Made by a program: the position numbers and the translations under genes. The notes below the pieces were generated by a model, which saw only the letters and a list, made by a program, of their open reading frames with translations, did not search any database and was not told where the DNA came from. 64,000 bases of DNA from Vicugna vicugna (taxonomy: Eukaryota), in the NCBI GenBank assembly GCA_013265495.1, contig MU058384.1, positions 5,204,792 to 5,268,791 on the forward strand. Reading direction: 5' to 3'. Of this stretch, positions 1-9,540 are shown in pieces (position 1 is the first letter of the stretch; each line of letters opens with the position of its first letter).

Positions 1-207
1 TGATCTAGAAAGAAAGATGTATAGCATACATGAGCAGTTTGCAAAAGTAAACCTAAAACATGGCTAAAATTAACCTGAGGAGAAATATTTCCACAGTCTG
101 ATGATGTCTTCAAAGTTTAAAGGCTCAGCTTTTGATTAAGACTAATGCTCCCGATTCTGTATTCAGTGAAACCTCAGACTGGCGACTCATGATTTATACT
201 TACCACT

Positions 208-240
208 TGCAGCACCACAGTGTCCCAGCAGGTGGCGCTG
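208..240 (+). promoter_or_regulatory. CTCF binding site, core plus upstream module
   Basis: CCAGCAGGTGGCGCT at 225-239 matches the CTCF core. TGCAGCACC at 208-216 sits at the spacing expected for the ZF9-11 upstream motif. Confidence 0.7.
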
Positions 241-769
241 CTTATCTGCAGAAATTTTTCATGATCCGTTCAACAGCCTCGCTCTCATTCACACCGCTGC
301 CTCAAGGGGACTGACCCCGGAGAGCAATTTGAGTACCTTACATTAGTGGAAATAAGAACTGCTTACATTTATTATGTATTCCTTGATAAACAAGGATTTC
401 AAAAATCATACTGGTTTCTTTGAAGGACTTTTATTTTAGCATTTCTGACCTTGAAAGTCTAGGTTCCTCATTATTATCCCTGAACCGTTTCAGATCTTTC
501 AGATTTTATAATCAGTTGAGGAGACAGAGGTCTTGAGTAGGTGTCCAGGCCCACCTTTCATTTCTTCAGGCGAGGAACTTACAGCCCAGATACCTGGGCG
601 AGGTCATTCATAAGGTCAAAGGCAGCGCCTGGAGTCAAATCCAGATGTCTTACTATCCTGTCTCAGCCGTCAGTTTGCATCAGGTGTGCCTGCACTTGTG
701 CAGTGTAACGTGACAAAAGCCAACATCCCCCTCATTCTGAGAAGCTGCTGGGGTTGTCCCCAAATAGGA

Positions 770-793
770 GTGCGTGTGTGTGTGTGTGTGTGT
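770..793. repeat. (TG)n microsatellite
   Basis: Read directly. Confidence 0.9.
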
Positions 794-1781
794 AGAACAG
801 AGATTCTGTACCAGGGTCTGTCTCATTCTTCTTTGCATCATGTGACCCGGGGTAAGCCCTTCACAAGTATTTTTTGAGTGAATGGAGGGTGGAAGGAACT
901 GAAGAAAGGACGGAAGACGAGCAGGAGGGGAGGGAAGGGAGGAAGGAAGAAAAGAAGGGAAAGAGGACAGAAAGGGAGGAAGAGAGGGAGAGAGGAAGCC
1001 CAGCGACTCGTAGCACCGCTAACCACCAGCGACATCCGGTAGGTGCTGCGATGATTCACGCTGGTTGAGAGCGCTCTGAGAAATAGGATGTAGAACACTG
1101 TCTGGCCAACTGGGCTATTTTATTAGCTCTTATTTCATCCTATTTTGACGCAGGCAATAAATTCAAAGGTGGCTGCAGCGGCTTGTCCATCTCAGGGAGG
1201 ATAAATCTCCACCTGCCGCTCGAGTCCGGCAGCGGAGACCCGGCGTCAGGCGGCTCCCCACGCCCAGTCTGCAGACATCCTGGAAACGGGCCATTCATGA
1301 GGGCACAGGGGACGTGGAAGATTTTGGGAACAAGTCCATTTTCAGAGTCAGAAAAATTCCAGGAAATCCAAACACATGGTTTTATTAGCTTCACGTCCAG
1401 AATGAGAATTATCGCTCTAAGTGGAAGCAGAGCATCGAAGCTGTGGCCCAAGACAGGAAGTACACCCTCTCCCATCTCTTTCTCTTTTCTTTCGTTTTCC
1501 CCCCAGCTTCTACTTATGACTCAAATATAAAGTGTTGTCTTTTCTTTCTTATGATGGATCTCATTTTAGAGGCAAGGCCTAAATGCCCTGAGTTTTATTT
1601 CTGTGAATCTCTCTTTAGACCCAGTCCCTCCGTGGGATTTTATGTTTTAATGCCACGGATCTCACTTGACCTAATCAGCCCTCAAAACTCACCTATCCTA
1701 GGCCCCATTCAGAACCTTGCTAGTTGACCAAATGAATTAATCGGAAGTGATAATTCTTATCTTAGAGGACATATTTGATTT

Positions 1782-1885
1782 CTTTTAATGTAGTAGTTAG
1801 TATCTGCAAATCTTGAACCCCCAATTTCTCTCTCTCAATACCTCACCCCCCACCTTTCCCCGCTGGTAACCGTAAGTTTGATTTC
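1782..1885 (-). mobile_element. Short internal L1 3' UTR fragment with 19-bp TSD
   Basis: Reverse complement resembles the L1 3' UTR segment aaacttatggttaccag...ggggaaagg...aaattggg. Flanked by tagaggacata(t/c)ttgattt at 1763-1781 and 1886-1904. Confidence 0.8.
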
Positions 1886-2455
1886 TAGAGGACATACTTG
1901 ATTTTTAACACAGGCCTCCTGGAAACAAAATGCTTTACCCCAGGAGTCAAATCTACTCTGCCCGTGGAGATTTCTGGCATTGTATCACATCAGGAGGGAG
2001 GTGGGTTTGAATCACTTCTGTACTCTGGACGCCTGACAGTCAGACCACCTGGGCAGCCATATGTTCTTGCAAATGCATGAAGAGGTTGTATAAGAAAATC
2101 ATTTATTTAGCAAACGTGATTGAGGACCTGCTGGGAGCCAGGCCCTATGCTGTCAGGGCTGAGGAAGGTAGGTGGGTGGGTGGGTGCCTTTAGGGAGGAG
2201 ACAGGTAGGTGCCTTTGGGGATGAAACGCAGAGAGGTGCTGCTGGGAGAGACCTGCGGGGGGTCGGAGAGAAGGGGATGGCATTCAGGGTTCATAAAAAG
2301 GTAGACTGCAGCACGAGGCAGCTGCCCAGTGCTGATGGGCAGAGGGAAGAAAGAACCAAGAATGACTTCTAGTTTTGTTTAAGAACTTGGCAGGTAGGAT
2401 GAAGAGGACTAAGGACTGTAGTCACGGGAGGGGCCACAGTTACACAAAAGTGCCT

Positions 2456-2477
2456 GTGTGTGTGTGTGTGTGTGTGT
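2456..2477. repeat. (TG)n microsatellite
   Basis: Read directly. Confidence 0.9.
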
Positions 2478-2610
2478 TTAAGTATGTGTATGAGAGAATC
2501 TGAGGATGTTGAGGAAGGAGGGTGGTATATTTTCAGTTTAGGGAACAGAAGACTTTCAGCCTAAAGACAAGCAAGCCTCAGGTGCATACAATCTATGTTA
2601 CAACTTAAAA

Positions 2611-2638
2611 TTATTTTTTGGCACACATAGGCTTTATT
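2611..2638 (-). terminator. Polyadenylation signal AATAAA and degenerate poly(A) remnant of the retrocopy
   Basis: Minus strand reads aaaataaagcctatgtgtgccaaaaaataa; the plus strand has tttatt at 2633-2638 and a T-run at 2611-2619. Confidence 0.7.
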
Positions 2639-5600
2639 TTAAATGTTTTAAGGATAGTTACATCATAATTATGAAAACTGCTTACAGAATTAACAGATTT
2701 ATTTTGTTTACACCTCTAAAGGCAGAGAACTGTCTATTGTCTAAAATAAAATTAAAATTAAAAAATATATTCGAGCTTGAAAGAAGAGGCCATTTACCTA
2801 ATTTTAAAATGCAAACATGAAGACCTCTTAAACTGTACATTTGTTCAAACCACACTCATGATGGAAAATACAAATGTGCGGCACTTCCAAAAAAACCACA
2901 GGCACGTTGGCCATAATTATTTTCTGTTCTAATAATTGTTCCTGTCTTTGGAGAGATTTCTTTTTTTTAAAGACAATTAGCTTAAGGATGTTTTCAGGCA
3001 CTACAATTTGTGACAATCAAAACAATCTTCTAATGGACCCACAGCGTTCAGAGCTCTAAGCCCAGGGCACTTGGGTGTATGGCCTGTAAAATAGTAATAG
3101 AAATGAAGTCTGGTTGAGAAGTAACTATAATTGTTTTCAGAATGCACAGTCCCTTCAAATGCAGCATGACAACTGAAAAATCAGCTTTGGTTGGCACTGC
3201 ATTTGCTTCACCAGGGCATTTTTATCCTACGACCCCTGAAACAGCACAGTAAGCAAATATACAAAAAACTGAAGACAAATAAAAACAAAGAAAACAAAAA
3301 ACCCCAAGTATCTTTCACACGCAATTTTAGTTGGTTACCTTGAACATTCTACTTAGAATATCATGTAAAAAAGATGGCCTGTTTTTAAGGTTTTCCTTTG
3401 AAGCTTTCCAGGCATCTGGATGTCACACACACACACACACATGATACAATAATGGTCAATGAGAATGGCCAGTACATTTTATACAGAGATTCACGTCTTG
3501 TGTTATCACAAATCCCATTGTAATGCTGGAAATTGACATTGAATTTCTAGAACAAGGAACCAACTTTCACATACCAAGAAAATGCAAGCCAGGCACAGAG
3601 ATCTGAAACACAAGAGGCTAAATGAAGCTTGAAATATTTGACTGGGGTGCAGAGCTAGTCTCAGCTTCAGAAAGTGTGGTTTAAGCCACTGAAAGAACAA
3701 AGAATGGGAGGGGGATGGAAAAACAACAGCCCTGGCCCCTTCCCCTTCCTTAACCCTAAAGGCAATAAATGGAACAATAATTAAAATAATGATCATAACA
3801 ATCACGTGTCACATTCATCTAGAGTGTGGCAGATAATGTGGTAGTAAAGTTGCTAATGGTACCTGCAGAAAAACCACAGTGTGAGTCATTAAGTGATGCT
3901 AGAAATGTTTCAACTGACTCAACCGTCAGTCTACTTCCAAAGGACTTTATTTTTCAGTCTGAAGTCACTGCTGTGTTTGTGCTGTGGGAGCAGGACACAC
4001 TGACTCTCTGGGCTGCACATGTCTGCTTGGGCTCAGGGAGCCACACTGGGCTTTGAGATTCACACACAGGGATTCTTAGGAGAGCCACCAGGAAAACCGG
4101 TGACAGATTTGCCGCATGGGAGAAACGTCTCAGATCTGAGCACTCACTACCTGGAAAAGCTCGTCCCTGGTTGCCCTTGTGGGCACACTGCAGAAAACGG
4201 AGGTGCTGTGTTTATGAGGTGCTCGGGGTTACCAGCCAAGAGCAGAAGGCACAGCCTTCCTGAACTGGGCATCGGGCAAACTGCTCATGGGAGGCCTTGA
4301 AACTGCAGGGTCTCTAACATCAAGAATAGCCACGATGGAGCTTGCAGGGACCTCTGGTGTTTGACTGACAGCATATGCATTTAGCCTTCTGCCCAAATCG
4401 CAGGTCAGATTTCCAAACTCCACAAGAGGCTGGTTCTGCATACTGCCTTTCCCCTAGCTTTCAAAAAGCCAGGGCTCATTCAGAACAAAGTGACAGATGG
4501 CCATTTCACTGCTAAATCAATCACCTTTGCAGTTCTATTTTGGTTAAAACAATCTTGTAGGAATAAGCCACAAAAGGATTCTGTGACTCAGGGCTGCTAT
4601 CAGTCACATCCACAAGCCTGTGCAGGTGACAGACCCTGATGGGATAGGGAACACTCAACAGGATGAATCCACATAAACAGCAAGAAGACACAGCACCACA
4701 AAAAGATTTCAGATGTTCTTTGTCCAAACACTCTTCGTGGGGAAAAATCAGGGAGAAAAAGCCTTCTGACCATAATCATAGTCTCAGTAACAATAGGAAT
4801 AAAAATAAAAGCGTCCTAGAGAACTGGTTAGAAAGCAACAACTTGCATTCTTAAACTTACACTTCTTACATAAAAGCACTATATTCTCCTAGGAACTTAC
4901 CACATACACCCAAGCCACTGGTATACTGTTTCCTTTTACATCGTGTACTAAAATCCAGATTACTGATTTATACAAATAATAGACCAAAAGCACTGTCCAA
5001 AACACACCTACATTACACTGTGTGGACCAGGTACCTGGGCTTTGCTAAAAAAAAAAAAAACCCCAAAACAGTATTTATGATAAAAATGTAAACAAAAAAA
5101 TTTATAAACTGAGAATCAGAGGCAGTCTTTCACCCAGATTTCTAACTCGTAAAAGTCTAACATAGGTCATTAATGGTTCAGAAGTGATTCATGTTTGAAC
5201 TTCCAGACTGAAGTGATGCTCTACACTTCTGACTTTCAAAGCAAATGGAATGTCCTGGTGTGCTTTCTGTGTTCAAATTTAGTTTTAAATAAACAGCAGT
5301 GATATAGTCAGTATGATTGACTTGGGTCAAGCTTTCCTGTTGAACTGGAGACAATTACTTAACCCCCGTTTCAGGCCACAAAGAAAGGATTGCAGATGAA
5401 GAATGTGTGTGTGTGTGTGTATAATATATATATATAAAATAAATGTAAATCCACAGATAAACACAAATAGGTAGATATAGATATGTTTATCTCCAAAAAG
5501 GCAATAACAAAAATACCAAACTATGCTTGCATTGTGGCGGCAGAATAAGAGAATGTTAAAAATGAAGGGGAAAACTGATAAAATCTATTACAGTTTTAAA

Positions 5601-5875
5601 CAACTATGATAATAGCTTAATTTTTTTTAACCAAACTTGCCTGTAACTCCCCTCCAAACAGACAGACTTCTTTTAATAGGAAGGAGTTCCTTACACAAAA
5701 TGCTTTTGTATTCACATAAATCTATACTATTCAGAACAAAACCAGTTCTGTTGGCAGAGACTGTGGATTCGCAGGGACATTTAAGCTCTCATGAAAATGG
5801 AAAGCAATCAAGTCTTTATGTCTACAAATTACACATTTAACAGTCTTAGAAATTTGGCAAAGTTCGTGATGACAT

Positions 5876-6661
5876 CTAGGATTTCACCAAATCGTAGACA
5901 TAAATATGGAAATCATTATCAAACTTGATGAAACAGACAGACAGTCTGGCCTCTACTTGGTGGATGATCGTGCCAATTCTTTTAGAGCCATCTTCTTTAG
6001 CATATTCCACCTGTTTGCCTATCAGGCTCTCCATGGTTTTTCCTTGTTCCCCTTCTGCTGGAGGTGAATCAGTATAATCAGACATAATGTGAAGGTTGCC
6101 TTCTTTATAATCATCTAAGAGCTGGTACATATACAAGACAGGATCTTTCTCATAGGTGATGTAAAACCACGTGCTCATTATAGGGACGCGTGCTAGGACC
6201 ATTCCGCTCCACTCGTCTTTAGAGCCATCCTCGCTGTCAAACACGTGCTTCACTGCTTTGCCAATTATCATGTCGGCTAGGTGTGAATCACTGATTTGAG
6301 ATGTTGCAATTCTATCAGGGAGGACTTCAAGCGCAAAAATTCTTTCATCTTTATTAAGTTCCAGCCCATAAACACAGTCAAACCCATCGTATTTGACAAG
6401 ATACAAAGAAGGATTTACAGGCACCTGATCCAGAATGGTTCCTTTCCACTGGGTGACAAGGCCGTTCCCCTCTTTCCACCCATGCCGAATCCTGCAGCCT
6501 ATCATGCTCCGCCGGGGCCGGGAAACAGGTGTGCTGGGCCCCGCACCGCTCCGATGTTTTTTGTGGGACGTCTTCTTCTTCATCATGCTTACAGATACAC
6601 CGGCGTGGCCTGCATCAGCTCTGGACGGCTGGCCAGGTGTCTTCCTGAATAAAGTCGTCAT
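5876..6661 (-). CDS. SPIN1: Spindlin-1-like protein (three Spin/Ssty Tudor-like domains), intronless retrocopy of SPIN1 with an intact 261-aa ORF
   Basis: Translation is collinear with SPIN1 ([55 protein letters not shown]). No introns, stops or frameshifts. Roughly 50 substitutions versus recalled human SPIN1, so this is a paralog or retrocopy; the symbol names the parent gene, not this locus. Confidence 0.93.
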   Translation of the reverse strand: MTTLFRKTPGQPSRADAGHAGVSVSMMKKKTSHKKHRSGAGPSTPVSRPRRSMIGCRIRHGWKEGNGLVTQWKGTILDQVPVNPSLYLVKYDGFDCVYGLELNKDERIFALEVLPDRIATSQISDSHLADMIIGKAVKHVFDSEDGSKDEWSGMVLARVPIMSTWFYITYEKDPVLYMYQLLDDYKEGNLHIMSDYTDSPPAEGEQGKTMESLIGKQVEYAKEDGSKRIGTIIHQVEARLSVCFIKFDNDFHIYVYDLVKS

Positions 6662-6820
6662 TCATCTGTATTTTGGTGGGCAGCAGAACCGCTGGAAGAG
6701 GGTGGAAAGGTCAGTATTCTCCAATTTGAAACTTTTTACGGAATTTCAGTGTTCTTATTAATCCAGCATTCAAGTGCCTCTTCTACAAGTTCAGCGAAAA
6801 CTCGAAGCCATCAGGTCTCT

Positions 6821-7035
6821 GCGGGGCTGCGGAGGCCAACGTCCGCAGCCCCGCGGGCCCCGCCTTCCAGCGTCGCGCTCCAGGCGGGCGACCCGGTCGG
6901 AAGGCGCCGCCCCGCCCCCGCTCGGCCCCAAGGCCGCCGCCCGCGCGGTCGCCCCGCTCCGGGCCCCGCCCCCGGCCGCACGGCGCACGCGCGCTGCGCC
7001 GGCCCATTGCGCCGGCCCCGGCTGCTTGGACCCCG
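6821..7035 (-). promoter_or_regulatory. CpG-island-like 5' leader/promoter with GC boxes and an NRF1-like motif
   Basis: Very high GC and CpG density. CCCCGCCCC at 6910-6918 and 6964-6972; GCGCACGCGC at 6983-6992. Confidence 0.75.
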
Positions 7036-7221
7036 CAATCTTTATCATCGTTTAAAAATCTTAATTATTAAAAGGGCATGCTTGGTTTTCTCTTCACCCT
7101 GTAAGAGGTCAGGTATACAGAGTTCTTATATTTGAAGCTCTTATGATTAAGGACTACTGTACAGATAAGGATCATGGGACAAATGAGCCCGAACTCCGAG
7201 TGACAGGAAACAAGAGAGGGT

Positions 7222-7319
7222 GGGGAGCGGGGAGCGGGGAGCGGGGAGCGGGGGGCGGGCAGCGGGGAGCGGGGAGCGGGGAGCGGGGAGCGGGCAGCGG
7301 GCAGCGGGCAGCGGGGAGG
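7222..7319 (+). repeat. Heptamer tandem array (GGGGAGC/GGGCAGC) x14, G-quadruplex-capable
   Basis: 14 consecutive 7-mers can be read directly, each starting with a G3-G6 run. Confidence 0.95.
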
Positions 7320-7825
7320 CCTTCCTCTGGCCTTGGCATCAGCCGGCACTAGGCCGGGGCTCACAGACAGGCTTTCGTGCTGCGCACGTAATTCACCCAC
7401 CCACGCTTCTCAGTGGTTAGAGAATGAAGTCACTTGCTTTGTCCTCCGCAAACATTTACAAACAAAACTTTTTCGCAGACCCTTACTTACGGTCGTTGGG
7501 GAGGTGATAGACCTGTGCTTGAAGATGTCTCCAGCACCGTCAAAACTTCCTTCTGACTCCGTTCGACCTTCTCTGTGCCATATATGTAGGGGCTGTAAAC
7601 TCCAGTATGATAGATACCCCAATCTGAGAAAAAAAAAAGAATGAGCAGGAAAACTGAGATCGCGATGTGTCTCAGTGACTTTCTATTTGGCTGTGGGCGG
7701 CAGAGAAGTGGGAGTTTTTCAGTTGTTCTGTAACGGCTCTCAATGAGCATGAGTCAGTGATAAGACTCAAGGATCTCTCCAGAAACTTGTTCTGAGACTT
7801 CTCTTTTTAAAAAAAAATTAATTAT

Positions 7826-7888
7826 TTTTAATGGAGTCCTGGGGGATTGAACCCAGGATCTCGAGCGTGCTAAGCACACGCCTTACCA
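7826..7888 (-). mobile_element. 5'-truncated tRNA-derived SINE (camelid Vic-1/CHRL-like)
   Basis: ggggattgaacccagg...gtgctaagca is the reverse complement of the SINE B-box region. Confidence 0.8.
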
Positions 7889-8530
7889 AGACCTCTTGAT
7901 GATAAAGAAGCCAAAGTAAAATGCTCCTTTTTCAATCAGAGTCCATAATTTTAGGGAAGAAGACGATTACTTGGAGGTAGTTTATAGTAACGATATTTAT
8001 AGTTGACTCACCTTTAGGGAAATCCCATGCCTTTGAAGCTACTCCATGAAAAAAAACTAAAATGATTTCATAAGTTTGGGAAACCAACCCTTCCCTTCCT
8101 TATGGAGCGTCATTGACATCTGAAGGGTGTTCTGAGAACTTCTACAGCAAAGAACCCTGGAAAGACTTCAGGCTAAACAAACAAACAAACAAGTGTCTAA
8201 TGGTGAGTGTTTCAGTTGTCTGCTGTGTGAGTGCATATTATAATCATTCCCTTCTAGCTCCTCTACAAAATCTTTAGTAAAACTTTGAGGTGAAGAGAGT
8301 GAGTTCATGTTTTGGGTGAATGTGAAGAGTTGTTGGGGGTATGGTAAAAGGAAAGGCTGGCTTTGGGGGATGGCTGACCTATGGGTTCCATGGACAATGC
8401 AGAGTGGGGTAAATCGGGGTGCTATGGTAATTCAGAGGAGGGACTTGCAAGGCAGGTTTGACTAAATCAGAGAAGGCTTCCTAGATGTGATGTTTAAATT
8501 GAAACTGGCTGATGAATGGGAGTGATCCAT

Positions 8531-9540
8531 GTGTTCCAGTTATCATTGCTGTGTAACAAATTACCTCTTAAAAACTTAAAGCCTTAACCATTTCGTTTTG
8601 CTCACAGTTGGAAGGGTCAGGAAACTGGGAATTGGATGAGTCTCACCTGGAGTCTCTCCTATGTTTGCAGTCATCTGAGGGCTAGTGCATTGGCTTTCCA
8701 GAGCTGTTGTAAAAAAGAGTCACAAACGGAGGTTCTTTAAAACAACAGAGATGTTATTTCTTGAGATCTGGAAACTAGAAGTCCACAATCATGGTGGTCA
8801 AGATGTTGGCAGGGCCATGCTCTCTCTGAAGACTCTTAAGGGAGGATCATCCTGGCTTTTTCCTAGCTTCTGGTGGTTGCCAGCAATCCTTGCCTTATAG
8901 ATGGAGCCCGTCCATCTCTGCTTCGTTGCTACATCGTGTTCTCCCTGTCTGTCTCTTCACAGGGTTGTCTTCTTGTGTGTGTCACTGTGTCCAAATTTCC
9001 CTCTTCTAGTAAGGACACCAGTCACTAGATTAAGGACCACTTTAGTCTTAAATGACTTCATCTTAACTTAGTTGTGTCTCCAAAGACCATATTTCCAAAT
9101 AAGGTCGTATTCACAAGTTCCAGAGGTTAGGACTCGACATGCCTTTTGGGGGGACACAGATCAACTAGAATAGTTAGTCAGAGCTGAATATCTAAGATGT
9201 CTCACTCACATGACTGGCTGTTGAGGCTGATTGTCAGCTAGGAGCTCAGCTGGGCTATTGATCAGAGTGCCTAAGTGTGGTGATCTGAGAGAAATTGAAC
9301 TTCTTATGTGGTGGTTGATACCCCCAGCCTCAACTCCTTCCTTCTGCAAACATCCTGAGGACTAGGAGGTCATTGCCTTTTCTAGCCTTGCCTCAGAAAT
9401 CATAGAGCATCACTCTTGTCTTACTTTATTGGTTTCAGCAGTGACAAGCCTGCCCAGATTCAAGGAGAGGGGACATGGTCCACATCTCCCAATAGAAGGA
9501 GTGTCAGAAAATTTGCAGGTTTGTTTGACAGTTGCCACAC
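8531..9540 (-). mobile_element. Old MLT1 (ERVL-MaLR) LTR interrupted by a younger MLT1 LTR
   Basis: Terminus tgttccagttatcattgctgtgtaacaaa; the element resumes at ~9178 with ctcactcacatgactggc...cccagattcaaggagagggg. Confidence 0.7.
8686..9172 (-). mobile_element. Nested MLT1C/D-like solo LTR with 5-bp TSD
   Basis: Hallmarks include aaacaacagag, ctagaagtcc, ttggcagggccatgctc, tatttccaaataaggtc and ttttggggggacaca. Flanks are gctag (8681-8685) and gttag (9173-9177). Confidence 0.8.

Larger units (their letters stand above)
2611..7035 (-). other. Full-length processed (retrotransposed) SPIN1 mRNA copy: 5' leader, CDS, 3' UTR and A-tail remnant
   Basis: Intronless CDS. Sequence after the stop (tagatgtcatcacgaactttgccaaat...) resembles the SPIN1 3' UTR as I recall it. 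No recognisable TE between 2620 and 5875. AATAAA at 2638-2633 is followed 13 nt later by aaaaaataa. GC content drops abruptly at ~7035. Confidence 0.8.

Noticed and set aside
5876..6661. Calling this the canonical SPIN1 locus or SPIN2/3/4
   Set aside because: SPIN1 is multi-exon and nearly invariant in mammals, whereas this copy is intronless and diverged. The N-terminus and UTR follow SPIN1, not the X-linked paralogs.
6296..6761. Plus-strand ORFs overlapping the spindlin CDS
   Set aside because: Antisense shadows of a real coding frame with no recognisable protein features.
6749..7420. Multiple Arg/Pro/Gly/Ala-rich ORFs on both strands
   Set aside because: Expected from stop-codon scarcity in the CpG island and the heptamer array.
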